A stretch of 64,000 bases of DNA, from the NCBI GenBank assembly GCA_024679065.1, contig JAGIQG010000013.1, positions 40,858,001 through 40,922,000 on the forward strand, read 5' to 3'. Both the position numbers and the translations under genes were made by a program. Numbering within the stretch: the first letter of the stretch is position 1; every line of letters starts with the position of its first letter. The notes under the pieces are model-generated. The model was not told the origin of the DNA and made no database searches. It saw nothing but the letters and a program-made list of their open reading frames with translations. Below are positions 39,985 to 51,173 of the stretch, piece by piece. Origin of the DNA: Sphyrna mokarran (taxonomy: Eukaryota).

Positions 39985-40789
39985 GTACTGCATATATTAA
40001 GCTATTTTGAGCAGCAGCATATCAGAATTTTCAGATTACACAGCATATGAAATAACTTACTGTGAATGTGAAAGGAGTTTTGGATGACACCCTCCTGCTT
40101 AGAACAACATTTGTGTCTTTTGTTGAATTAAAGCCTGGCAGTCCCAGGCACTGCCTCGAAACAGAATTGTTACCAGACCATTCTTGAAAGCAATAATGTA
40201 AAGACGTGCTGTTTAACCCTTTTGCAGACACTAAATTTCTTGTGTGGCTTTTCTGCTTCCTAAAACATACACTTCATTCGGTTCCTTCGTCCAGCTACCA
40301 GGGTATTTTCATTGCTATAGCTGGTAGCAAAGAAATTATTATACTGTCTATTGCTTATATCAGGCAAATTACATGAACACCACTGTGCTATAGAAGCAAT
40401 GTGAACCGTATTTAAATGCTGTATTCACATTGCTCTTTTCTTCGAGCACCTGAATAAACATATTAAAAAAAATGGAGTGCACTTGCCACCTCCAGTTTTC
40501 TGGCTGGTAATTAGAAAATGACGTTGATAACTCAAATGCTTATGGTTCCACGTGCACAATTAATTTTCCAGTGCCAAATAGCCATTTTTCATGTTAAGGT
40601 AAGCAGACTGCATGGGTATGGCTATTTAGTCATGAGCCGCTCTCAACTCTTTTTTCCTTATTTTAGTTATGCACTGTTTTTGAAATGCCAGAGCAATAAT
40701 CATCCTTGTCTCTAAGTTGTCACGTGAAAGCAAGAAAGATGTATGCAAGATTGATGATGAAAAATAGTAGCTTTTACATCAAAATTAAC

Positions 40790-41625
40790 CAATACATGGA
40801 GCACCACAGATCTCAAACAATGACGAGTCAGAGTAAAGGAATGAGATAGAGAATCTGGTAAATTGGCGCAATGACAATAATCTCTCCCTCAATATCAACA
40901 AAACAAAGGAGATTGTCATCAGCTTCAGGAAGCATAGAAAAGAACATGCCCCTGTCTCTATCAACAGGGACGAAGTAGGAAGGGTCGAGAGCTGCAAGTT
41001 TTTAGGTGTCCGAATCACCAGCAACCTGTCCTGCTCCCTCATACCAACACTATAGTTAAGAAAGCCCACCAACACCTCTACTTTCTTAGAAGACTAAGGA
41101 AATTTGACATGTCAGCTACAACTCTCACCAACTTTTACAGATGCACCACAGAAGGCATTCTTTCTGGCTATATCACAGCTTGTTATGACTCCTGCTCTGC
41201 CAAGACGCAAGAAACTACAAAAGATCGTGAATGTAGCCCAATCTATCACACAAACCAGCCTCCCATTCATTGATACTGTCTACACGTCTTGCTGCTTCGC
41301 AAAGCAGCCAGCATAATTAAGGACCCCATGCACCCCGGACATTCTCTTTTTCACCTTCTTCCGTTGGGAAAAAGGTCTAAAAGTCTGAGCTCATGTACCA
41401 ACCAACTCGAGAACAGCTTGTTCCCTGCGCAAATCGGACTTTTGAATGGACTCATTTTACATTAAGGTGACCTTTCTTTATACTCTAGCTATGATTGTCA
41501 CATAACATTCTGCACTCTCATTTCCTTCTCTATGAACGGTATGCTTTGTCTGTAAAGCACATAAGAAACAATGCTTCTCACTTTATGCTAATACATGTTA
41601 CAATAATAAATCAAACCAAATCAAA
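40790..41625 (+). mobile_element. Rex1/Babar-clade LINE 3' fragment
   Basis: Contains KTKEIVISFRK, KFLGV and LYFLRRLRKF motifs; ends in caataataaatcaaaccaaatcaaa. Confidence 0.85.
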
Positions 41626-43404
41626 ATGCAGCCTGAGATATTAACAAAGAAACAGAAAGGGAATTGGCCAGCTTTAGCAGGCCTCCTGAGGGGAGAGCTG
41701 AGCCTGCTAACGCAGGCAAATTCCCAAGTACTCCAGTGCATCCATTATTTAATAGACGAGGCTTGTCATCAGCATCTTGCATGACTTGCAAGATTTGAAA
41801 TGCAATCCCCCAAATGCTAATTTACATTTCAATTAAATTTAAATTTATAAAGAATACCAAACGTTGGTAGCTTAGTGAAATTGTTCAAATTGCTACTTGA
41901 GTTTCACAGTAACTTCATTGCAGTGTTGATATAAGCCTAATTGAGTCACTAATAAATAAACTTTAAACTTTGTAAGATCAAGCACTTTAAGAATTGGGCA
42001 GTTCCAAAGAGCATAGCTCAAGACTCTGTTAAATAACATGGGCATTGCAAAGCATACCCTTCAATACACTGCACTAACACTGAAATAAAATCAAATGCTC
42101 AAGAGTATTATCAAGATTGTGGTAATTTCTCTTTCTTTAAAATGTAACTGTTTTAGTCAGGTATAATAAAGAGATACTTAAAAATACCTAGGCAAACTTA
42201 CTTGAAATATATTCAGAAGAGTCTGAATTTGGTGCTTCTATATACACAAAGGGTTACATGCAGCAGCATGGTGGTACAGTGGTTAGCACTGATGACTCAC
42301 AGTGCCAAGGACCCAGGTTCGATTCCTGGCTTGGATCACAGTCCATGTGGAGTTTGCACATTCTTCCCTTGTCTGTATGGGCTTCCTCTGGGTGCTCTCA
42401 TTTCTCCCACAGTTCAAAGATGCTAGTTAGATTGGCCATGTCAGGGGGACTAACTAGGGTAAATGCATAGGGATGAGTTAGGGCCTGGATGGGAATGTGG
42501 TTGGTGCAGATTCAATGAGCTAAATGGTCATCTTCTGCACTGTATACTTCAAGGGCAAAAGCCATAAGTCACTGCCCACAACAACTCTGTGATTTTGGAT
42601 GCTAGCTTTTGTCCACACATAAGGATCACTTTTCATCCCTTTAATCTCCACTTATAATCATACAATAGAATCATTCGCCGGAATCGGATTCCTTTGTCCG
42701 CCACAGAATCGGAACAGGTGAGGAGCAGACAACGGAAATTTCTAGTCTTGCTCGAGAGAGGCCATAAAATCCTGCCCATGGAACCCCTACAATGCAGAAG
42801 GAGGCAATTCGGCCCTTTGAGTCTGCACGGACAACAATCCACAGAGGCTCTATCCCTGTTACCTGTTACAGGGCTCTATCCCAGTAATCATGCCAATCCC
42901 CCTGACGCTGAAGGGCAATTCAGCATAACCAACTTACCTAATCTGCACATTTTTGGACTCTGGGAGGACTTTGGATTGGAGCACCCAGAGAAAACCTACT
43001 TGCTGGGGTCCGGTTTGTTGCTGCTTCCCACTGGGAAGCATGATATACCTTTCACCAAACATAAAATTGTGCTGGATTTATGGTTAATTATTTTGCTAGC
43101 TTGATCCAGGTTAGATGTATTAACCAAGATAAATATGTGGGGCTACGTGGATAGGCTGGGGGAGAGGGCCCAATTGATAATCTGTCAGAGAGTCAGTGCA
43201 TACTTGATGGGTTGAATAGCTTCTTTCTGCACTATTGGGGTTCTATGATTCTATGATCGTGGAAGCCATGACCAAAGCAGTCCAAAAATAAAAATATTTC
43301 CCCAGCAGATCAAATTCCTGCATTATTGTAAACCCTTTCTTGTGAAGTTTTGGAGTTCTGCAAAAATGTCATGATCTATGTTTGGAAACCAACCTTGTAT
43401 TATA

Positions 43405-43538
43405 CAGAGCTCTGACAAAGGGTCATCTCAACTCGAAACATTAGCTCTATTCTCTCCCCACAGATACTGTCAGATCTGCTGATATTTTCCAGCATTTTCT
43501 ATTTTTATTTCAGATTCCAGCATCCGCAGTATTTTACT
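43405..43538 (+). mobile_element. 134-bp hammerhead-bearing short element with an 11-bp TSD
   Basis: CTTGTATTATA at 43394-43404 and 43539-43549. Same family as the arms of 39752-39984; older relatives at ~2925-3020, 24862-24985, 26070-26180 and 28108-28185. Confidence 0.8.
43406..43448 (+). ncRNA. Decayed minimal hammerhead motif
   Basis: AGAGCU-CUGACAA-A-GGGU(7 nt)ACUC-GAAA-CAUU-AGCUCU. Perfect 6-bp stem I; two CpG-type changes in the core. Confidence 0.55.
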
Positions 43539-44825
43539 CTTGTATTATATTCCCTTTCAACAATTTGGCATCTTTTGTATCTAGATTTCTTAAGTGAGTG
43601 CACCCTGGAATATTGGCATTCGCTCACATATTTATTTGCCAATGTTCTGGAGCCGTATCCCTTTCTATTAATTAATGGTATGGATATTGTCCAAAGTACA
43701 TAAATGCAGCTCCTATGTAGGTGATGTATTTTATAATAGAAATGACATAAATTAATAATGTCTCACCAGACAGTGCTGCATGTCAATGTTGAATAATATT
43801 TATTCTGAAACGATTTTATTTATGCTGAAGCAGTGAGTTGCACATTGGCTGAGGCCACTGATGTTTCCTGTTGCTATCTATTGGTATAAATGTGCAGTTC
43901 AGTGGGCATTTCCATTTGCCTGTGCCCTGTGGATGCTGCTCCTTTGATTGTGTCAGTTTTAGGAGCTGAAATGAATAACAGATGGTGTCCCTAGAGGTGC
44001 ATTTTTACTACGTGGTGTAAACGATTCCAAAATTGAATTATAATGGTTGTTGAAAATTACGGGAGGGGTCTGTTGGATTATGTGTAAAATCCTGAGGAGG
44101 GAAGGAAAAAACAAGAAAAATGATGGGACAAAGGAAAGAAAACTGAGCTGCAAAATTCTGATTTTTCTGTAACAATAACTGCATGTAGGGAGCAAACCAC
44201 ATATGAAATATGGACTTAAGACAGTGAAACAATGTAGATACATCTTTGCTTTTATCCAGCCATTTCCCATGCAAACCCCACCACAATATTCCCCCACCCT
44301 CCCTGATAGAAACCGGCAAAAGAGCTTACATTTTAAGAATGCAGTCAGAGTACTGTTATGTAAGTTTGGAAGTTACTGATGTAACATTATCTGTTCAGTG
44401 TGCTTGACATCATATAGAAGCTAAAAACCCTGAAGCTCAGGCTTCAAAATTATTTTTTCCCCCATCTTTTGGTAAGCGCATCTTACTGAGCAGCTCAAAT
44501 CATGGAACAATCCATCTATGTCCAATATTTCTCTATCCAACTATTGTATTGCAAAATCCTACCATTGTATTGCAAAATGTGCTACAGTTAACAACACTGC
44601 CAGGATATCTATTGCATTACATCCACAGGCATGGCTAATGTTCAAGGCTTTGGTGAAATCAGATAAATTATAGTTGATTGAGGAATTGGAAAACAACGTA
44701 CGCAGAGGGGAAGAGCTGAGATACACTTGCTTAGAATAGAAATTACCCTGGGCAGAAATCACCATCAAAAGAATAAGTACAATTACTGAACATTAAATGA
44801 TCTGATTTGATTTATTATTACATCT

Positions 44826-46892
44826 GAAATGTGGAGCTTATTCAAGGAGCAGCTACTGCAAGTCCTTGATAAGTATGTCCCTGTCAGGCAAGGAGGAAAT
44901 GGTCGAGTAAGGGAACCATGGTGTACTAAAAAAGTTAATTCGCTGGTTAAAAGGAAAAAGGAGGCTTATGTCAGGATGAGGCTTGAAGGCTCAGTTAGTG
45001 CACTGGAAAGCTATAGATTAGCCAGGAGGGTGCTAAAGAGAGAGCTGAGAAGAGTTAAAAGAAGACACGAGAAGAATTTGGCTGATAGGATCAAGGAGAA
45101 TCCTAAAGCTTTCTTTAGATATGTTAAGAATAGAAGATTGGTTAGGGCAAGATTAGGGCCAGTCAGAGACAGCAGTGGGCAGTTGTGCGTGGAGCCTGAA
45201 GAGATTGGAGAGACACTGAACAAATATTTCTCTTCGATATTCACGCAGGGAGATGTAAATGTAGTTGTGAAGAATACTGGGATACAGGATTGTAAACTGG
45301 AAAGTATTGAAGTAGATAAGGAGGATGTGCTAGATATTCTTGAGGGTTTGAAGTTAGATAAGTCCCCTGGGCCAGACGGGATTTACCCCAGGATTCTGTG
45401 GGAAGCGAGAGAGGCAATTGCAGAGCCTCTGGCTCTGATCTTCAGGTCGTCGTTGGTTTCAGGTATAGTGCCAGAAGACTGGAGGATAGCGAATGTGGTC
45501 CCATTGTTCAAGAAGGGGAATAGAGACTTTCCTGGGAATTATAGACCGGTGAGTCTTACTTCTATTGTGGACAAAGTATTGGAAAGAATTATTAGGGATA
45601 GGATTTATAGATATTCAGAGAGAAATGAATTGATTGGGGATAGTCAGCATGGTTTTGTGAAGGGTAGGTTGTGCCTTACTAACCTTATTGAGTTTTTTGA
45701 AAAAGTGACCAAAGAGGTGGATGGGGGTAAGGCAGTTGATGTGGTATATATGGACGTTAGTAAGGCGTTTGATAAGGTTCCCCATGGAATGCTTCTGCAG
45801 AAAATGCAGATGTATGGGATTGAGGGTGATTTAACTAATTGGATCAGGAATTGGCCAGCTGATAGAAGACAGAGGGTAGTGGTTGATGGAAATTATTCAT
45901 CATGGAGTTCGGTTACAAGTGGTGTACATCAGGGATTTGTTTTAGGGCCCCTGCTGTTTGTAATTTTTATAAATGATCTGGATGAGGGTATTGAAGGATG
46001 GATTAGTAAATTTGCGGATGATACCAAGGTTGGAGGAGTGGTAGATAGTGAAGAGGGGTGTTATAGTTTGCAGAGAGACTTGGACAAGTTGCAGAGCTGG
46101 GCCGAGAGGTGGCAAATGGAGTTTAATGTGGAAAAGTGTGAGGTAATTCACTTTGGCAGGAATAACAAATGTGTAGAGTATAGGGCTAATGGTAGGACTC
46201 TTAATAGTGTTGATGAACAGAGGGATCTTGGTGTATATGTGCATAGATCCCTGAAAGTAGGCAGTCAAGTCGATAAGGTTGTTAAGAAGGCAGACGGAGT
46301 CTTAGCTTTTATTGGTAGGGGGATTGAATTTCGGAGCCGCAACGTCATGTTGCAACTGTACAAACTCTAGTGCGGCCGCACTTGGAGTATTGTGTGCAGT
46401 TCTGGTCCCCACATTATAAGAAAGATGTGGAGGCATTGGAGAGGGTACAGAGGAGGTTTACCAGGATGTTGCCTGGTATGGAGGGCAGGTCTTATGAAGA
46501 GACGCTGAGGGATTTGAGGTTGTTTTCGTTAGAAAGAAGGCGGCTAAGAGGAGACCTTATTGAAACATATAAGATGATTAGAGGTTTAGATAGGGTGGAT
46601 AGTGATAGCTTTTTTCCTAGGATGGAGAAAGCTAGCACGAGGGGACATAGCTTTAAATTAAGGGGTGGTAGTTATAGGTCGGATGTCAGAGGTAGGTTCT
46701 TTACCCAGAGGGTGGTAAGGGTATGGAATGCCCTGCCTGCTGCAGTTGTAGATGCGCCAAGTTTGGTGGTGTTTAAGAGGTTAGTAGATAAGTTTATGGA
46801 TGAAAAGGGAATGGTTTAGGTTAGAGGATCATTGCTTTTTCTTAATTGGTCAGCGCAACATCGAAGGCCGAAGGGCCTGTTCTGCACTGTAA
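44826..46892 (+). mobile_element. 5'-truncated CR1 LINE (RT region, one 1-nt frameshift near 46363); its (TTCTATG)n tail is displaced to 49886-49905
   Basis: ORFs 44829-46370 and 46370-46819 carry CR1 RT motifs (FADD, RPHLEYCVQFWSP). The CR1 tail stem-loop is at 46865-46890. Confidence 0.93.
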
Positions 46893-49882
46893 TTTTTTTT
46901 TAAGCAACACAGCACGGGAAACAGGCCCTTCGGCCCAACGAGCCCGCGCCGCCGTCATACTATATAGTAGCAAATACATTATCCTATTTTAATATTCCTA
47001 TATAATAATATATATATTATTCCTAATATGGAAAATTCTCACCATAGGGACAATTTGTTTCCCAATCAGCCTAAGAGCGAATTTTTGGGTTGTGGGAGGA
47101 AACCGGAGTGCCCGGAGAAAACCCACGCAACCACGGGGAGAACGCGCAAACTCCCGCAGACACCGGCCCAATTCCAAGTGTCTGCACAGCCACATCGATA
47201 GTCTCTGAGCTGTCATGGTGCCCTTCAGATGGTCCACATAAAGCACTCATTTACGACATGAGGTACCAGGCAACCCATGAATCAACATCCAAGAGCTGTA
47301 CCCGCACCACCTGCCGAATGCATGCTCAAATTATGGACCGAATTACCTGTGGAAAAAAGCCGTAGTTAAACAGTCCTAATATATCCCTCTATCTGCATAC
47401 CGCTCATGTGGCTGTCCAAGAGACCCTTAAACAGCCCCAGCGTGCCTGCTCCCACCACCTTACTCGGCAGTGCATTCCACACCCCCACTACCCTTTGTGT
47501 GAAAAACTGCCCTCTAATATTCGTCCTATACATAGCCCCCCTCACCCTATGGCCATGACCCCTCGTCCTATCCATTTCTAAAGGTGGAAAAAGTTTACCT
47601 CCATTTACTCTATCTATACCCCTTATAATCTTATACACCTCTATGAGATCCCCTCTAAGCCGACGTCTTTCAAGGGAAAACAACCCCAGTCTATCTAATC
47701 GTTCCTCATAAGACAGTCCTTCCATACCAGGCAGCATCCTGGTAAACCTCCTCTGCACTCTCTCCAAGGACTCCACATCCTTCCGATAGTACGGAGACCA
47801 GAACTGGGCGCAGTATTCCAAGTGAGGCCTAACCAAAGTTGTATACAACTGCAACATCAAACTCCTACTCTTGTATTCTATACCCTTTTCTATGAAAGCT
47901 AACATACTATACGCCTTCTTTATCACCTTCTCCACCTGTGAGGACACCTTCAGAGACTTGTGAACCTGCACCCCCAAGTCTCTCTGCGTCTCTATGCTCC
48001 GTATAGTTTTACCTTTTATCCTATAACTCTCTTCTACATTTTTCCGGCCAAAATGCATCACCTCGCATTTATCCGGATTAAATTCCATTTGCCATCTATC
48101 TGCCCAGTCTACCAACCTGTCTATGTCCTGTTGTATTGCCTGACACTGCTCTTCTGTACCCGCCAATCCAAGCATCTTGGTGTCATCAGCAAATTTGCTG
48201 ATCTCACCACCTACCCCTACTTCCAAGTCGTTTATGTAGACCACAAATAGAAGAGGACCTAGTACTGAGCCTTGTGGCACTCCACTAGTGACAGGCTTCC
48301 AGCCGGAAAAAGAGCCTTCCACTACTACCCTCTGTCTCCTCCTCCCGAGCCAGTTCTCGACCCATCTACATACCCGACCCTGTATCCCATGCGCCTTCAC
48401 CTTCTCTATCAGTCTACCATGAGGAACCTTGTCAAACGCCTTACTGAAATCCATGTAGACGACATCAACAGCCTGTCCTTCATCAACTGTTTTTGTCACT
48501 TCTTCAAAAAATTCCACTAGATTCGTAAGACAAGACTTCCCCTTGACGAAGCCATGCTGCGTATCCCTGATCAGATCGCAGCGCTCCAGATGCTCATACA
48601 TCCTGTCCCTAAGGATCCTCTCCATTAGCTTACCTATAACTGAAGTCAAGCTCACCGGCCTATAGTTCCCTGGGTGATCCCTCTGACCTTTTTTAAACAA
48701 CGGTACTACGTTTGCTATCCTCCAGTCCTCTGGGACCTCACCTGTGTCCAAGGAAGAGACAAAGATTTGCGTCAGAGGCCCAGCCAAGTCTTCCCTCAAC
48801 TCCCTTAGCAGCCTGGGGTAAATGCCATCAGGCCCCGGAGCTTTATATGTCTTTAAGCTGCCTAACAGCCCCAACACCTCTTTCCTCGTAATCCTTATTT
48901 CCCTCAACCGATCCTCAACTTTGTCAACATCAGGCACAGACATCTGTCCAGTCTCCTGCGTGAATACCGACGCAAAGTATTCATTCAGGATCTCCCCCAT
49001 TCCCTCAGGCTCTAAGCATAGATCCCCTCCTCTGTCCCTAAGAGGTCCAATCTTGCCTCTAACCATCCTTTTGCTCCTTACATAGGTGTAAAATGCCTTT
49101 GGATTTTCCTTTATCCTACCTGCCAGAGCCACCTCGTGGCCCCTTTTTGCCTTTCTAATACCCCTTTTAAGATCCTGTCTACACTCTCTATAAGCTTCCA
49201 GCGCTGTCTCAGTCCCTAGTTGCCTAGATCTAATGTAAGCCTCTCGCTTTTTCTTGATCAAGTCCTCAATCTCCCTGGTAAGCCAAGGTTCTCTAATCCT
49301 ACCTTTCCCATCCTTCCTCCTTGCCGGCACGTATCTTTCCTGCAGAGAGTTTAGTTTTCCCTTGAAAGACTCCCACATGTACCTCGTCGACCTGCCCTCA
49401 AAAAGCTTATCCCAGTCGGTATCTTTAAGATCTTGCCTAATCTGGCCGTATCTAGCCCTCCCCCAGTTAAATACCCTCCCTTTTGGGCCAGTCTCGTCCT
49501 TTTCCATTAATATCCTAAAGCAGACAGAGTTGTGATCACTATTTGACACCTGCTCTCCTACCTCGACGTCAACCACCTGGCCTGGCTCATTCCCCAGAAC
49601 CAAATCCAGTATAGCCCCCTCTCTAGTCGGGCCATCCACATACTGCTCCAAGGACCCTTCCAAAACACACTGTACAAATTCCTCCCCATCCACTCCTACA
49701 GCTCTGGGCACACTCCAATCTACTCCAGGAAAATTGAAATCTCCCACTACTACCACCCTATTTTTCCTACACTTATCTAAAATGTCCCTGCATATCCCTT
49801 CTTCCACGGCCCGCGGGCTGTTGGGCGGTCTGTAGTAAACACCCAACAGAGTAACCACTCCCTTCCTATTCCTCAACTCCAC
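46893..49882 (-). mobile_element. Young 5'-truncated CR1-clade (HER1-like) LINE with a long 3' UTR
   Basis: Uninterrupted partial ORF2, then a ~470-nt 3' UTR ending in the CR1 stem-loop tail (GGGCCGAAGGGCCTGTT) and a short A-run. Confidence 0.95.
47366..49882 (-). CDS. CR1 ORF2 fragment: C-terminal half of the APE endonuclease plus reverse transcriptase (838 codons, no stops)
   Basis: Endonuclease motifs GDFN, ILDLVL and SDH; RT motifs KAPGPDG, QHGF, DFSKAFD, GVPQGSVLGP and FADD. Starts mid-endonuclease with no ORF1. Confidence 0.9.
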   Translation of the reverse strand: MELRNRKGVVTLLGVYYRPPNSPRAVEEGICRDILDKCRKNRVVVVGDFNFPGVDWSVPRAVGVDGEEFVQCVLEGSLEQYVDGPTREGAILDLVLGNEPGQVVDVEVGEQVSNSDHNSVCFRILMEKDETGPKGRVFNWGRARYGQIRQDLKDTDWDKLFEGRSTRYMWESFKGKLNSLQERYVPARRKDGKGRIREPWLTREIEDLIKKKREAYIRSRQLGTETALEAYRECRQDLKRGIRKAKRGHEVALAGRIKENPKAFYTYVRSKRMVRGKIGPLRDRGGDLCLEPEGMGEILNEYFASVFTQETGQMSVPDVDKVEDRLREIRITRKEVLGLLGSLKTYKAPGPDGIYPRLLRELREDLAGPLTQIFVSSLDTGEVPEDWRIANVVPLFKKGQRDHPGNYRPVSLTSVIGKLMERILRDRMYEHLERCDLIRDTQHGFVKGKSCLTNLVEFFEEVTKTVDEGQAVDVVYMDFSKAFDKVPHGRLIEKVKAHGIQGRVCRWVENWLGRRRQRVVVEGSFSGWKPVTSGVPQGSVLGPLLFVVYINDLEVGVGGEISKFADDTKMLGLAGTEEQCQAIQQDIDRLVDWADRWQMEFNPDKCEVMHFGRKNVEESYRIKGKTIRSIETQRDLGVQVHKSLKVSSQVEKVIKKAYSMLAFIEKGIEYKSRSLMLQLYTTLVRPHLEYCAQFWSPYYRKDVESLERVQRRFTRMLPGMEGLSYEERLDRLGLFSLERRRLRGDLIEVYKIIRGIDRVNGGKLFPPLEMDRTRGHGHRVRGAMYRTNIRGQFFTQRVVGVWNALPSKVVGAGTLGLFKGLLDSHMSGMQIEGYIRTV

Positions 49883-49901
49883 AAGTTGTTCTATGTTCTA
49901 T

Positions 49902-50790
49902 GTTCATAGAGAAGGAAACAAGAGAGTGCAGAATGTAGTGTTACAGTTGTAGCTAGCGTGTAGAGAAAGATCAACTTAATGCAAAGCAAGTCCATTCAAA
50001 AGTCTGACAGCAGCAGGGAAGAAGCTGTTCTCTAGTCAGTTGGAAATGTAACCTCAGGCTTTTGTATTTTTTTCCTGATGGAAGAAGGTGGAAGAGAGAA
50101 TGTCTAGGGTGCATGGGGTCCTTAATTATGCTGGCTGTTTTGCCAAGGCAGCAGGAAGTGTAGACAGAGTCAATGAATGGAAGACTAGTTTTTGTGATGA
50201 ATTGGGCTACATTCATGGTCTTTCGTAGTTCCTTGTGGTCTTGGACACAGCAAGAGCCATACCAAGTTGTGATACAACTAGAAAGAATGCCTTCTGTGGT
50301 GCATCTGTAAAAGTTGGTGAGAGTTGTAGCTGACATGTCAAATTTCCTTAGTCTTCTAAGAAAGTAGAGGCGTTGGTGGGCTTTCTTAACTATAGTGTTG
50401 GCATGGGGGAACTCGGACAGGTGTTGGTAATCTGGACACCTAAAAACTTAAAGCTCTCGACCCTTTCTATTTCATCCCCGTTGACGTAGACAGGAGCATG
50501 TTCTCCTTTATGCTTCCTGAAGTTGATGACAATCTGGTTCATTTTGTTGACATTGGGGGAGATTATTGTCATCGCACCAGCTCACCAGATTCTCTATCTC
50601 ATTGCTGTAGTCTGTCTCGTTATTGTTTGAGATCCGACATACTACGTGTCGAGAGCAAACTTGAAAATCGAGTTGGAGGGTAAATTGGTCACATAGTCAT
50701 ATGTGTATAAGAAGTGTAGTGGGCAGCTGAGAACACAGCCTTGTAGGGGCACTGGTGTTGAGGATGATCATGGAGGAGGTGTTGTTTCCT
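49902..50790 (-). mobile_element. Rex1/Babar-clade LINE 3' fragment; its extreme 3' end lies at 44797-44825
   Basis: Degenerate frames with VESFKFLGV, TLTNFYRCT...ITTWYG and LPSG motifs; reverse-complement similar to 40790-41625. Confidence 0.85.
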
Positions 50791-50859
50791 ACTTTATTTG
50801 TCCTTAAAGGAACAAAGTATAGATAGTAATTTTCATTTTTGAAATTTCACACATCCTAC

Positions 50860-51009
50860 CTTCATAGTGATTTGAAAACCATGAAACGTTTTCAGCCTTT
50901 CGGCTTTCTCTTCTTCTTGCCCCATGCTGATCCACGTATCTGTTATCAGGACATTGGCTCCACTTGCTGCTTCCAAAGGGTCATGCATGAAAAGCATTTT
51001 GGTTCCACA
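50860..51009 (-). CDS. OTC: OTC exon 8 ([50 protein letters not shown])
   Basis: 150 nt with tag|...|gtagg boundaries; contains the DxxxSMG ornithine-binding loop. Confidence 0.97.
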
Positions 51010-51119
51010 CTAATTTCAAGAATAATTGAAAAAAAAAATCTCATGGAAATATACAACTTCATCAAAAAATGGAAAAACCACCAAATCCTCTCAGGTAAAA
51101 TCATATCAAAAGACATTAC

Positions 51120-51173
51120 CTTTTCAGACAATGATTTAGCAAAAGCTGTGACAGTGGCATCAGGTTCATAGCC
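51120..51173 (-). CDS. OTC: OTC exon 7 (GYEPDATVTAFAKSLSEK)
   Basis: 54 nt with tttatag|...|gtaatg boundaries; followed by a short 110-bp intron, and mammalian OTC intron 7 is also short. Confidence 0.95.

Noticed and set aside
47366-49882. 838-aa ORF as a host gene or autonomous retroelement
   Set aside because: It is CR1 ORF2 truncated inside the endonuclease domain, with no ORF1, promoter or true ATG start.
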